From an uncultured Candidatus Binatia bacterium (GTDB taxonomy: Bacteria; Desulfobacterota; Binatia; UBA9968; JAJDTQ01), in the NCBI GenBank assembly GCA_965242525.1, contig OZ251459.1:2304001-2368000 (forward strand): 64,000 nucleotides of DNA, in the 5' to 3' direction. A program made the translations under genes and the position numbers. Positions 46,974-59,491 of this stretch are shown piece after piece. Numbering within the stretch: the first letter of the stretch is position 1; each line of letters starts with the position of its first letter. The notes below the pieces were generated by a model. The model saw nothing but the letters and a program-made list of their open reading frames with translations. It was not told the origin of the DNA and did no database searches.

Positions 46974-48808
46974 GGCTCCACCAGCCCGAGCCTGGCCATC
47001 ACCGACCGGCGCTCCCCGGCCTGCTCGCGGGCGGACGCCGCGGGCCGGAGCGGGCGGTTGCGGCCGTCGAGGATCACGCCGCAAAGGCCGGCGGTGACGT
47101 CCCGCTCCAGGGGGACGCCGGCGCCGGCCCCCACGTCCACGTCCCGGGCCGCAGGCCGGACGGCGACCCGGACCGGGGCGCCGGGATCCAGCGGGATGCG
47201 GCCGACGACGCCGACGGTGACGGTCCCGGCCCGGGCCCCGTCCACCGAGACCTCGGCCAGCGCCGTCCCCGCAGCCCGTTTCCGCGAGAACACCGGGGCC
47301 GCGGCATGGGCCACGTCCACCAGGCAGTCGTGCAGGAAGACCTCCCGGGCCGCGTCGGGATGGACGGAGGCGAAGACTCCCAGGTGGGGCATCATGAAGA
47401 CCGAGTCCACCGCGATCCGGGTGAAGCCTTGCAACTCGAAACCCTCCAGTATCATGAGCGCGGCGCTCATGCGGTCCGGGGCGTGGCTCAGGACGCCGCC
47501 GGAGCCGATGACCAGGTCCAGGCGCATCATGTCCACCAAGTCCGACCGGCCGGCGGTCTGGGAGAAGATGTCGGCGATGCCGCGCTGCTGCTGCACGCCG
47601 CTCAGGCCCACGGCCAGGGATCGGTGGTGGACCAGGGCCAGGCGCAGCGCCTCGCGGCACACCGCCTGCTCCAGCCACAGGTCCTCCAGGGTCTGGGGGA
47701 TCGAGGTGGGCCGGATCATCTTGTTGCGCAGCCGGTCCCGGACCTCTGCGGGCTCCATGTCGCAGGGCAGCCAGCCGCGGATGGACTCCACCCCGGCCTC
47801 GATGAGCACGTTGGCCACCGAGTAGCTCATGCCCAGGTTGGCGCTGACCGTGCGGTTGAACACCGGCTCGCCTTCCCGGTCGTCGAACACGCTGAAGACG
47901 TCGGTGGTGGCGCCGCCGATATCGACGCACAAGACCGACCGGCCGGTGTCCCCGGCGTAGCCGCGCACCATGTCGCCCACGGCCGCGGGGGTCGGCATGA
48001 CCGGGGCCGGGGTCCATCGCAGCAGCTTGTCGTACCCCGGCGAGTGGCTCATGACGTGGGTGAGGAAGAGGTCGTGGATGGCTTCCCGGGCCGGGGCCAA
48101 GTGCTCCGCCTCCAGTGTCGGGCGCACGTTGTCCACCACCGTCACCCGGGCGGTGTTGTCGAGCAGGCGCCGCACGTCGTCCGCGACGCGGCCGTTGCCG
48201 GCGTAGATCACCGGCAGCTTGAGGGAGTCGCCGAAGCGGGGACGCGGCGCCGCCGCGGCCAGGGTCTCCGCCATCTCCACCACGTGCTCCTGGGACCCTC
48301 CGTCCACGCCGCCGGTGAGCAGCACCATGTCCGGCCTCAGGTGGCGCAGCCGCTGGATGCGTTCGTGGTCCTCGCGCCCGTCGTCCGCGGAGATGGCGTC
48401 CATGACGATGGCGCCGGCGCTCAAGGCGGCCCGTTCCGCGGACTCCGCGCTCATCCGGCGCACCACCCCGGCCACGGTCATCTGGAGCCCGCCGCCGGCC
48501 GAACTGGTGGACAGGTAGAGGTCGATGCCGCGGGCCGGGTCGCCGCCGGACTCGATGAACGGAGGCTCGCCGCCCCTCGCTCCGTCCCGCTGGAGGATGG
48601 CGCGGCCGCTCACTTCCTCCAACTCGGTGAAGGCGTTCAGGGCGCCGACGGTCACGTCGGCCACGGGCTGCTCCACGGTGGTGGGGGCCTCGCCCCGGCG
48701 GGTCTGGCGCCACCCGGCATCGGTCTTCTCGAACAGCAGCGCCTTGGTGGTGGTGGAGCCGCAATCGGTGACCAGCACGGTCCGGAGCGCTGTGGGATCG
48801 GTCTTCAT
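46970..48808 (-). CDS. Glutamate mutase L (GlmL/MutL-reactivase family) ASKHA ATPase
   Basis: TDCGSTTTK, SSAGGGL, GGVDGG, IYAGN, MPTPAAV, VDIGGATTDVFS, RTVSANLGMSYS, IGSGGVLSHAP. Confidence 0.85.
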   Translation of the reverse strand: MKTDPTALRTVLVTDCGSTTTKALLFEKTDAGWRQTRRGEAPTTVEQPVADVTVGALNAFTELEEVSGRAILQRDGARGGEPPFIESGGDPARGIDLYLSTSSAGGGLQMTVAGVVRRMSAESAERAALSAGAIVMDAISADDGREDHERIQRLRHLRPDMVLLTGGVDGGSQEHVVEMAETLAAAAPRPRFGDSLKLPVIYAGNGRVADDVRRLLDNTARVTVVDNVRPTLEAEHLAPAREAIHDLFLTHVMSHSPGYDKLLRWTPAPVMPTPAAVGDMVRGYAGDTGRSVLCVDIGGATTDVFSVFDDREGEPVFNRTVSANLGMSYSVANVLIEAGVESIRGWLPCDMEPAEVRDRLRNKMIRPTSIPQTLEDLWLEQAVCREALRLALVHHRSLAVGLSGVQQQRGIADIFSQTAGRSDLVDMMRLDLVIGSGGVLSHAPDRMSAALMILEGFELQGFTRIAVDSVFMMPHLGVFASVHPDAAREVFLHDCLVDVAHAAAPVFSRKRAAGTALAEVSVDGARAGTVTVGVVGRIPLDPGAPVRVAVRPAARDVDVGAGAGVPLERDVTAGLCGVILDGRNRPLRPAASAREQAGERRSVMARLGLVEP

Positions 48809-48992
48809 GGAACGAGACCGGCCATAAGGCCTCTTGACATCATCGGACGATCCGGGTTAGCTTCCGGCAGACACGGGGTTCCGTACATCGAAACCCTGAT
48901 GGCGACGCGACAGAACGAGGACGATACAATGACTTGCCTTGGTCCGGGGTCAGGCCCCATCGTATAGCGCCATCGGATCGCCTCCGCTTCGG

Positions 48993-49514
48993 TCAAGGGC
49001 CCGGCACACGCCTGAAAACCCTTCCGGGAAACTGACGGTCTTTCAGGATACGCACCGTGCCGGTTGCGTTTTCGAGCGTGTCCTTCTGGGACTTCTCGAA
49101 TAGTTGCCAGAGGGCGAGTTTTCTGCCAGAGGGCCAGCCTCTCACGAACTCCAGGTCGAAACTCTCCGCAAACGCGTGAAGCTCCGCTTCATGATGGAAG
49201 TACGACAGGACGATCTCTTCTTCCCGTTCGTCCAGTAGCTCCATTACCTCGATCACTTGGTCGTAGGTGAGATCGTCAGCGGTCGAACGCACCACATGCG
49301 GCGTGTACGACTCGTCCTGCTCGATCTTTTCCCGAATCGAGTCGTTGCGGTCCTTCAACGTTTCCAGGTCGCGGACAGCCTTGCTCGCATGATGATAGAC
49401 CGCGTTGACCAGCTTCCGCCGTCGTCTGCCGCGTGATTCCAGGAAAATGTACGCGCTCAGGCACAGGGCTGCAAACGACACGAACAACGGGACGAATTCC
49501 AGGAACCGCGACAT
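48993..49514 (-). CDS. Hypothetical protein with a single N-terminal TM anchor
   Basis: 173-aa ORF, GGAG RBS, FVPLFVSFAALCLSAYIFL followed by RGRRRRK; lower GC than its neighbours. Confidence 0.7.
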   Translation of the reverse strand: MSRFLEFVPLFVSFAALCLSAYIFLESRGRRRRKLVNAVYHHASKAVRDLETLKDRNDSIREKIEQDESYTPHVVRSTADDLTYDQVIEVMELLDEREEEIVLSYFHHEAELHAFAESFDLEFVRGWPSGRKLALWQLFEKSQKDTLENATGTVRILKDRQFPGRVFRRVPGP

Positions 49515-49559
49515 GCCGTTATGACTCCTTGCGCCATCCTTCCACGAGAGGACCTGCCG

Positions 49560-50270
49560 CTACAACACCAGGCGCGCCAGCGCGCCGTACCAGTCGATGA
49601 GCAGGAACTGCACCCGTTCCACCAGCAGCGCGGTGCGCGCCATCACCGTGGAGCCGAAGAAGGCGCCGAAGCACACCATCAGGAGCCAGCGCCCGGAAAG
49701 GGACAGGCCGTTGGCGGCCCGGTTCTCGTGCCGGAAGGAGAAGAAGAAGTAGTACATGACCGCCAGCAGGGTGAAGACGAAGAACGTGTTCTCCAGGCTG
49801 CCGCCCAGGGCCAGGGCGCCGTCCTCGAACACCGCCAGCGGCTTGAAGCTGCTGGCCACCTGGGGCAGGATCTGGTTGAAGAACCCCTTGAAGGCGAGCC
49901 CTCCGCTCATGCCCAGTGAGAAGCCGATGACCAGCTTGGCCAGCCACGCGTGCCTCCGGGAGTACAGGAAGTAGTAGAACAGGCCGAAGGCCATGGGCAG
50001 GGCGTAGAGCAGCAGCCGGGGGTCGTACTCGTGGGACACGCTGCCGTCGGGCCAGGTCACGATGTCCAGGCCGAGCATGGGCGACAGCACCTTGGGCCAC
50101 AGGAAGTTCTTGATGCTGAGCACGAGGCCGAAGCCGGCCGCGATGCCGATGAACAGGTGCTCGAACAGCCGGAAGAACGGGTTCTCCCTGATGAGAAAGC
50201 TGAAGATGGCCAGGGTGCCGACGCCGCCCACGAGCACCGTGGCCGCGTGCCAGTAGTCCGCGCTCGTCAT
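49560..50270 (-). CDS. Hypothetical multi-pass membrane protein
   Basis: TLAIFSFLIRENPFFRLFEHLFIG...YYFFFS...GRWLLMVCFGAFFGSTVMAR; about six TM helices; ATGA overlap. Confidence 0.8.
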   Translation of the reverse strand: MTSADYWHAATVLVGGVGTLAIFSFLIRENPFFRLFEHLFIGIAAGFGLVLSIKNFLWPKVLSPMLGLDIVTWPDGSVSHEYDPRLLLYALPMAFGLFYYFLYSRRHAWLAKLVIGFSLGMSGGLAFKGFFNQILPQVASSFKPLAVFEDGALALGGSLENTFFVFTLLAVMYYFFFSFRHENRAANGLSLSGRWLLMVCFGAFFGSTVMARTALLVERVQFLLIDWYGALARLVL

Positions 50271-51142
50271 GGCCGGGACCTCGGCTTCCGCCGGCGCAGC
50301 AAGCCCGCGGCGTTGCCCAGGACGATGAAGGCGATCACCACGAGCTGGGCCACGCCCAGGCCCGTGTTCAACGTCAGCGATTCGTCCACCGGCCGCTCGG
50401 GGTAGCGCCGGCGCATGAGCTCGGAGTACCACGCCGCCCCGGCCAGGCCGCCGAGCAACCCCTGGATCTGGCCCGAGTCGAGGTAGATGAACGCCTCGGG
50501 GATGGTGATGGAGGTGCAGCCGTGGCCGAAGGCCGGCGTATAGTCCTTGCTGGAGAAGTACTGGACGTAGTTGTCGAAGACCCCCACCAGGCCGGTGAAC
50601 TCGGCCAGGAAGGAGATCTGGCGGAGGGTGCGCAGTCCGCGGAACGCGGGGAGCTCGGAGATGCGGTTGCCGCGGGCGTCCTTCTCGAACAGTTCGGCCA
50701 GGTTCTCCGACTTGGGGATCGCCTGGATGAGGACGCCGGCGCCCGGCCGGTAACCGAGGTTGATCCAGTCGCGGCCGTACTCCCAGGTCTCGCCGGGATG
50801 CTCGCGTTCGAGCTGCCGCGCCACCTCTTCGGGGATGGACTTGAGGAAGGGCTCGGCCAGGTAATAGAGGGAGAACAGGATCACCGGGACGCGCTTGCGC
50901 ATCAGGTGCTCCACCACCACCCGGGCCTGGGGCTGGTTCTCACCCTTGGTGCCGGGGCCGAAGTCCATGGCCACGAACGCGTACCGCCCCGGCTCGGCCC
51001 GGATGCCGTCCACCAGGTCGAAGAACCTGCCGGCGTCGTCCATGCGCGTGGGCTGCACCGTGTAGCCCGCGATGATGGGCGCGCTCAGCGCGAGGAAGAC
51101 CAGCAGGTAGATCCAGCGGCGGTCCAGCCGCGCGAGGTCCAT
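50267..51142 (-). CDS. Hypothetical protein with two terminal TM anchors and a large extracytoplasmic domain
   Basis: LDRRWIYLLVFLAL, DFGPGTKGE, EYGRDWINLGYRPG, YLDSGQIQGLLGGLAGAAWY, IAFIVLGN. Confidence 0.8.
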   Translation of the reverse strand: MDLARLDRRWIYLLVFLALSAPIIAGYTVQPTRMDDAGRFFDLVDGIRAEPGRYAFVAMDFGPGTKGENQPQARVVVEHLMRKRVPVILFSLYYLAEPFLKSIPEEVARQLEREHPGETWEYGRDWINLGYRPGAGVLIQAIPKSENLAELFEKDARGNRISELPAFRGLRTLRQISFLAEFTGLVGVFDNYVQYFSSKDYTPAFGHGCTSITIPEAFIYLDSGQIQGLLGGLAGAAWYSELMRRRYPERPVDESLTLNTGLGVAQLVVIAFIVLGNAAGLLRRRKPRSRP

Positions 51143-51143
51143 C

Positions 51144-52196
51144 CTACCGCTCCTCCCGGTCGAAGGACTCCGATTCGATGGAGAACCACATGCGGAACGC
51201 CATGACCAGCCCGGCCACGCCGGCCCCCAGGGTGATGGCCCGGAACGCCGCGGAGTTGGGCACCTCCAGGAGCCACAGCCTCACGTCCGGCAACCCGGAC
51301 CAGATCCACACGCCGAAGGGGATCTGCCCGAGCATGACCACCACCGCCGCGGCCATCATCAGCGAGGACTCCGCGGAGCGCACCCGGAAGGCGCGATAGG
51401 CCGCGGCCGCGATGTAGAACCCCAGGAGCGAGAACATGGCCGACCCCAGGGCCACGAACAGCCCGTCGAAGAGCAGGCCATAGACCCGCTTCGCGGTGGA
51501 GTGCTCGTACTCGTGGTTGCGCAGGTTGCGCCAGGAGTCGGCGAGACCCCGCAGCGCCCGCGCCGCGGCGGTGTTGGCGGCCGCGTCCACCGGCCCTCCG
51601 TCCGCGGTGGCCAGCTCCTCCACCGCGGCCCGCACCGCGGCCACCCCCTCGCCGGCTTCCGCCAGGTATCCCTGTGCGAGGCGTTGGTCGATGCTCCCGG
51701 CCCCGAAGCGGCCGAGGTCGAAACCGGCCATCTCGCCCTCGACCCGGGCCAGCAGCCGGGCCGCGGCCTGCCGGAGCGCGCGGTTGCGTTCCGCCGCGGG
51801 CAGGACCCCGTCCGCCTGCTCCTCGTGGTCCGCCCGGATGCGCTCCGCGAAGTCCCCCAGCCGGGAGACGGCCGCCACGTCCTCCGCCACCCGGCTGGTC
51901 CGGGACCAGTCGTGGAAGGTGACCGCCATCATCACCGCCAGGCCGGAGAGGAGCGCCGCGCTGTAGCCCCAGTCCCTGCGCCGGAAGACGATCTTCGAGC
52001 CGTGCAGCAAGAGCAGGTTGACGAGGCCGAGGCCCACGGCCATGGCGCCGACGGTGATGAAGCCGTTGGAGATGGGGTCGTGGTAGGCGTCGATCTTCAC
52101 CCCGAACAGGGCGTCCGGCAGCACGAACTCCAGGAAGAAGTAGATGCCGCCCAGGAAGGTGACCAGCTTGATGAGGCGCGTGCGGAAGTTCACCAT
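51144..52196 (-). CDS. Hypothetical multi-pass membrane protein with a helical insert
   Basis: Three N-terminal TM helices, an Ala-rich insert, then MFSLLGFYIAAAAYRAFRVRS...MLGQIP...PNSAAFRAITLG. Confidence 0.8.
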   Translation of the reverse strand: MVNFRTRLIKLVTFLGGIYFFLEFVLPDALFGVKIDAYHDPISNGFITVGAMAVGLGLVNLLLLHGSKIVFRRRDWGYSAALLSGLAVMMAVTFHDWSRTSRVAEDVAAVSRLGDFAERIRADHEEQADGVLPAAERNRALRQAAARLLARVEGEMAGFDLGRFGAGSIDQRLAQGYLAEAGEGVAAVRAAVEELATADGGPVDAAANTAAARALRGLADSWRNLRNHEYEHSTAKRVYGLLFDGLFVALGSAMFSLLGFYIAAAAYRAFRVRSAESSLMMAAAVVVMLGQIPFGVWIWSGLPDVRLWLLEVPNSAAFRAITLGAGVAGLVMAFRMWFSIESESFDREER

Positions 52197-52999
52197 CCGA
52201 ACCCCCAGCCGACCCCCATCAGGGCGTCGAGGTTGGGGAGGCCGAGCTCCGGCCACACCGAGTTCAGGGTCGCGACCCCGACCCCGGCCACGATCAGCAG
52301 CACCAGGAAGAGCTTGGCCCGGTCCTGTCCGTGGAGGCTGCCGAGCTGGACCGGCTCCCGGGTCAGGTAGGCCGAGGCGGCGAACAGCTCTTCGCCGATG
52401 AGCGTGTAGTCACAGGAGGCGATGAAGAACGCCACCTGCTCCGGGCTCACCGAGGCCCCCACCTGCATGGCGCCCGCCTGCTGTCCCGCCTCGGCCAGGA
52501 TCAGCGACTCCGCGGCGAAGTGGCCGAAGAGGAAGGCCCCGGCCACCCGTTCCCGCTGCACCAGGCCCGCGTACCCCGCGGCAAAGGCGAACTGCTCCTC
52601 CGAAAGGAAGATGACGTTCCGCGGGTCGAACCGGTCCGACCGGCCCTCGGCCCGGTAGGCGTCCCGGAGCACGTCCTCCGCGATGGCCATGACCTCGGGG
52701 TCGTTCTGGGGCAGCAGCAGCCGGGACTTGTAGCGCGCGGCCTTGCGGGCCACGTAGTAGAGCACCCCCAGGCACGCGTACAGCACCGGGCTCACCCGGG
52801 TGATGCCGGTGGTGAAGGAGAGGGGCCGTCCCATCTCCGCGGACCGCCCCGCGGCCTCGTCGATGGCGTCCACCCCGGCCAGGCGCCGCACGTGGAGGTC
52901 CCTCCGCCGCCGGGCCGTGCGGATGTAGTACAGCACCGGCCCGATCATCAGCGCGAGGACCACCACCACCGCGGGGGTCGCTTCGTCGAACCCGCCCAT
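52190..52999 (-). CDS. DUF6754-like membrane protein
   Basis: VRRLAGVDAIDEAAGRSAEMGRP, FLSEEQFAFAAG, FAAESLILAEAG, DYTLIGEELFAASAYL, GSLHGQD (family recognised from memory). Confidence 0.75.
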   Translation of the reverse strand: MGGFDEATPAVVVVLALMIGPVLYYIRTARRRRDLHVRRLAGVDAIDEAAGRSAEMGRPLSFTTGITRVSPVLYACLGVLYYVARKAARYKSRLLLPQNDPEVMAIAEDVLRDAYRAEGRSDRFDPRNVIFLSEEQFAFAAGYAGLVQRERVAGAFLFGHFAAESLILAEAGQQAGAMQVGASVSPEQVAFFIASCDYTLIGEELFAASAYLTREPVQLGSLHGQDRAKLFLVLLIVAGVGVATLNSVWPELGLPNLDALMGVGWGFGW

Positions 53000-53286
53000 C
53001 AGCCCTTCCCGCCCTCCCCGGCCAACTCTTCGATGCGCCGGATGAGCCGCTCCACGTTGTCCCGGGACTGGAGGAACGCGGGCAACTCCCGCGCCCTGGC
53101 CCCGAACAGCGGCAGCATCACGGGAAGGCTCATGACCGCGGCCGCATGGAACAGCGAGGTGAGCGGCTTGTGGGTTTCGAGGAACAGGATGGCCGGTACC
53201 GCCATCCTGCGGGCGTGCACCGCGGAAGCGAGCTGCTCGATGAGGGCGTCCGGGGCGGCGCCGGCGCCGTGCCCAGGCAGTTCCAT
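52999..53286 (-). CDS. Small hypothetical protein, first gene of the operon
   Basis: GGAGG RBS; LIEQLA...MAVPAILFLETHKPL...SRDNVERLIRRIEE; TGATG overlap with the next gene. Confidence 0.75.
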   Translation of the reverse strand: MELPGHGAGAAPDALIEQLASAVHARRMAVPAILFLETHKPLTSLFHAAAVMSLPVMLPLFGARARELPAFLQSRDNVERLIRRIEELAGEGGKG

Positions 53287-53324
53287 GGCTTCCCTCCTTC
53301 GTGGGCCTGGCGACAACCGATCGG

Positions 53325-53458
53325 GGAAACTCGGAACGATCGGGACAGGAGGCATGAGCGCGTCCTTCGACTTCGCTTCGCTACGCTCAGGACGAACGGG
53401 GACGGGATTGTCAGGGTGAGGGAATCCATCCGGGACGTCCCGATCGTTCAGGGGTTCC
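53325..53458. mobile_element. MITE-like unit (reverse copy of 16425-16564)
   Basis: TIRs GGAAACTCGGAACGATCGGGAC / GTCCCGATCGTTCAGGGGTTCC; internal REP family 1. Confidence 0.72.
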
Positions 53459-53559
53459 GCAGGAAAGTATGAAAGAGATTGGATGTTTCGGCAAGTTGCA
53501 GCAAAAAGGGGTTGCTACATGTATGATGAGCCCGAGCGTTGCAACTCGAGGAGGATTCC

Positions 53560-55398
53560 ATGCGCGCCAGATGGACGGGAATCGCGGCGTTGGCCGCGTT
53601 GACGGTCGCGGTCCCCGCGGCTTTCGGCGATGAGGTCCGCACGAGCCACGGCATCGCCATGCACGGGGACCTGAAGTACGGGCCGGACTTCGAGCACTTC
53701 GATTACGTGGACCCCGAAGCGCCCAAGGGGGGCGCGGTGCGGCTGGAGGCCATCGGCGCCTTCGACAGCTTCAACCCCTTCATCGTCAAGGGCAACCCCG
53801 CGGCGGGCATCGGACGCATCTACGAGACGTTGATGACCGGGTCCGCGGACGAGCCCTTCAGCGAGTACGGCCTGCTGGCCGAGAGCGTCACCTGGCCCCG
53901 GGACCGCTCCTGGGTGGAGTTCACGCTGCGGGCGGAGGCCCGGTGGCACGACGGCGAGCCGGTCACCGCAGAAGATGTCCTCTGGACCTTCGAGACCCTG
54001 CGCACCAAGGCCGTCCCCTTCTACCGGGGCTACTACCGGGACGTGAAGAAGGCCGAGCGGCGCGGCGAGAGGACGGTGCGGTTCACCTTCGGCAAGGGCG
54101 TCAACCGGGAGCTGCCGCTGATCCTCGGACAGTTGGTGGTGCTGCCCAAGCACTACTGGACGGAACGGGACTTCACCCGGACGACCCTGGAGCCGCCCCT
54201 GGGGAGCGGTCCCTACCGGGTGGGCGCCTTCGAGCCCGGGCGCTACGTGGAGTACCGCAGGGTGGAGGACTACTGGGGCAGGGACCTGCCCGTGAACGTG
54301 GGGCGCGACAACTTCGACCGGGTGCGCCACGACTACTACCGGGACGGCACCGTGTCGGTGGAGGCGTTCAAGGCCGGGGAGTACGACTTCCGGGCGGAGA
54401 ACAGCTCCAAGAACTGGGCCGCGGCCTATGACTTCCCCGCGCTCCGGCAGGGTCTCGTGAAGAAGGAAGAGGTCTCCCACGACCGCTCCACCGGCATGCA
54501 GGGGTTCGCCTTCAACACCCGCCGGCCCCTGTTCGCGGACCCGCGGGTGCGCCGCGCCCTCGCCTATGCGTTCGACTTCGAGTGGTCCAACCGGAGCCTC
54601 TTCTACGGCCAGTACACGCGCACGCGCAGCTACTTCGACAACTCGGAGCTCGCGGCCGCCGGGCTTCCGGGCGCGGACGAACTGGCGATCCTCGAACCCT
54701 ACCGGGACCGCCTGCCCGAGGAGGTCTTCACTACCGAGTACGAGCCGCCCGCCACCGACGGCTCCGGCCGCATCCGGGCCAACCTCCGCACCGGGTCGAA
54801 GCTGCTGCGGGACGCCGGGTGGCGCATCGACAAAGCCACCCGCAAGCTGACCCACCAGGAGACCGGCCGGGTCATGGAGTTCGAGGTCCTGCTGGTGAGC
54901 CCGCTGTTCGAGCGCGTGGTCCTGCCCTTCACCCGGAACCTGGCCCGGCTGGGGGTCACCGCCACCGTGCGGACGGTGGACAGCGCCCAGTACCGGCGGC
55001 GGCTGGACGACTTCGACTTCGACGTGGTCATCGCCAGTTGGGGCCAGTCCCTGTCCCCGGGGAACGAGCAGCGCGACTTCTGGGGGTCGGACTTCGCCCA
55101 CCGGCCGGGGAGCCGGAACCTCATGGGCATCGAGGACCCGGTGGTGGACGCCCTGATCCGGGGCGTGATCGCCGCCGCGGACCGGAAGAGCCTGGTGAGC
55201 CATGTGCGCGCCCTGGACCGGGTGCTCCAGTGGGGCCACTGGGTGATCCCCCAGTGGCACATCCCCTACGACCGGCTGGTCTATTGGGACAGGTTCGGCC
55301 GCCCGGAGACCACCCCCACCCAAGGAGTCCAGTTCGACGCCTGGTGGATCGACTCCGGCAAGGCCGCGGCCCTGGACGCCCGGCGCAGCGACGGATAG
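53560..55398 (+). CDS. yejA: ABC peptide transporter substrate-binding protein, YejA-like
   Basis: Signal peptide; HGIAMHGDLKY...FDYVDPEAPKGG, FDSFNPF, PLGSGPY, SPGNEQRDFWGS, LDRVL; upstream of yejB. Confidence 0.85.
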   Translation: MRARWTGIAALAALTVAVPAAFGDEVRTSHGIAMHGDLKYGPDFEHFDYVDPEAPKGGAVRLEAIGAFDSFNPFIVKGNPAAGIGRIYETLMTGSADEPFSEYGLLAESVTWPRDRSWVEFTLRAEARWHDGEPVTAEDVLWTFETLRTKAVPFYRGYYRDVKKAERRGERTVRFTFGKGVNRELPLILGQLVVLPKHYWTERDFTRTTLEPPLGSGPYRVGAFEPGRYVEYRRVEDYWGRDLPVNVGRDNFDRVRHDYYRDGTVSVEAFKAGEYDFRAENSSKNWAAAYDFPALRQGLVKKEEVSHDRSTGMQGFAFNTRRPLFADPRVRRALAYAFDFEWSNRSLFYGQYTRTRSYFDNSELAAAGLPGADELAILEPYRDRLPEEVFTTEYEPPATDGSGRIRANLRTGSKLLRDAGWRIDKATRKLTHQETGRVMEFEVLLVSPLFERVVLPFTRNLARLGVTATVRTVDSAQYRRRLDDFDFDVVIASWGQSLSPGNEQRDFWGSDFAHRPGSRNLMGIEDPVVDALIRGVIAAADRKSLVSHVRALDRVLQWGHWVIPQWHIPYDRLVYWDRFGRPETTPTQGVQFDAWWIDSGKAAALDARRSDG

Positions 55399-55444
55399 GC
55401 GCCGCCGCCGTTCCAACCGCGGCGCCCACTGACCGGGACCCGTC

Positions 55445-56557
55445 ATGCTCGCCTACATCCTGCGACGGCTGCTGCTGATCCTCCCGACCCTGTTCGGCAT
55501 CATGGTGCTGAACTTCGTCATCATCCACTCGGCCCCGGGCGGGCCGGTGGAGCAGCTCCTGGCCAAGCTCCAGCAGACCGACGTGGCGGCCACCGAACGT
55601 TTCGCCGGCGGCGGCGACTCGCGGGAGGCCGGGCCTTCGGCGCAGCCCTCCCGGGACCCAGGGGCCGGCGGCGGCAAGTACCGGGGCGCCCGGGGCATCG
55701 ACCCCGAGTTCATCCGGGAGATCGAACGGCAGTTCGGCTTCGACAAGCCGGCGCACCAGCGGTTCTTCCTGATGATGGGCAACTTCCTGCGGTTCGACTT
55801 CGGCGACAGCTTCTTCCGCGACCGCTCGGTGGTGCAACTGGTGGCGGACAAGCTGCCGGTGTCCGTCTCCCTGGGACTCTGGACCACGCTGCTGGTCTAT
55901 CTGGTGTCCATCCCCCTGGGGGTGGCCAAGGCGGTGCGGGACGGCTCGCGCTTCGACGTGTGGAGCTCGGGCGCGGTCATCGTGGGCAACGCGGTGCCGG
56001 GGTTCCTGTTCGCCATCCTGCTGATCGTGCTGTTCGCCGGGGGGCGCTACCTGGACTGGTTCCCGCTGCGCGGCCTGGTGTCGGACGACTGGAGCGAGCT
56101 CGGCGCGTGGCAGCGGGTCACCGACTACCTCTGGCACATCACCCTGCCGGTGCTGTCCATGGTCATCGGCGGCTTCGCCGGCCTCACCATGCTCACCAAG
56201 AACTCGTTCCTGGACCAGATCCGGCAGCAGTACGTCATGACCGCCCGGGCCAAGGGGCTCAGCGAGCGCCGGGTGCTGTACCGGCACGTGTTCCGCAACG
56301 CCATGCTCATCGTCATCGCGGGCTTTCCCGGCGCCTTCGTGGGCGTGCTGTTCACCGGCGCGCTGCTCACCGAGGTGATCTTCTCGCTGGACGGAGTCGG
56401 CCTGCTGGGGTTCGAGGCGGCCATCAACCGCGACTACCCGGTGATGTTCGGGACCCTGTACTTCTTCACGCTGCTGGGGCTGGTGATGAAGCTGGCGGAG
56501 GACCTGACCTACGTAGTGGTGGACCCGCGCATCGACTTCGAGAGCCGGGAGACCTGA
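55445..56557 (+). CDS. yejB: ABC peptide transporter permease YejB
   Basis: [56 protein letters not shown]. Confidence 0.9.
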   Translation: MLAYILRRLLLILPTLFGIMVLNFVIIHSAPGGPVEQLLAKLQQTDVAATERFAGGGDSREAGPSAQPSRDPGAGGGKYRGARGIDPEFIREIERQFGFDKPAHQRFFLMMGNFLRFDFGDSFFRDRSVVQLVADKLPVSVSLGLWTTLLVYLVSIPLGVAKAVRDGSRFDVWSSGAVIVGNAVPGFLFAILLIVLFAGGRYLDWFPLRGLVSDDWSELGAWQRVTDYLWHITLPVLSMVIGGFAGLTMLTKNSFLDQIRQQYVMTARAKGLSERRVLYRHVFRNAMLIVIAGFPGAFVGVLFTGALLTEVIFSLDGVGLLGFEAAINRDYPVMFGTLYFFTLLGLVMKLAEDLTYVVVDPRIDFESRET

Positions 56558-56575
56558 CCCCGTCCCGGTGGATCC

Positions 56576-59290
<2,715 letters not shown>

Positions 59291-59321
59291 CCTGAAAATC
59301 GGGGCAAGGAGGGCATGCGCA

Positions 59322-59456
59322 CGTCCTTCGACTCCGCTTCGCTACGCTCAGGACGAACGGGGATAGGGACGAACCGGGGATGAGAGGGTCAGGGGCAAGC
59401 GCCTGAACTCGGCCATTCCGGGGGTAACGACGAACCGGGGATGGGAGGGTCAGGGA
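59322..59456. repeat. REP family 1 (reverse) plus a 27-bp direct repeat
   Basis: CGTCCTTCGACTCCGCTTCGCTACGCTCAGGACGAACGG, then GACGAACCGGGGATG(A/G)GAGGGTCAGGG twice, between convergent genes. Confidence 0.7.
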
Positions 59457-59491
59457 GTGGTTCGGAGTCCGACGAGGCGGCGTGAGGCGGT

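Noticed and set aside
46970-48808. Reading 'MutL' as DNA mismatch repair, or as proof of glutamate fermentation
   Set aside because: The motifs are ASKHA-type, not GHKL; no glutamate mutase or methylaspartase genes are in the window.
48809-49559. Integron cassette origin for the inserted orphan genes
   Set aside because: No attC-like RYYYAAC...GTTRRRY structure and no integron integrase were recognised.
53489-53505. Sigma-54 promoter upstream of yejA (TCGGCAAGTTGCAGCA)
   Set aside because: The GG-to-GC spacing is 9 nt rather than the required 10.
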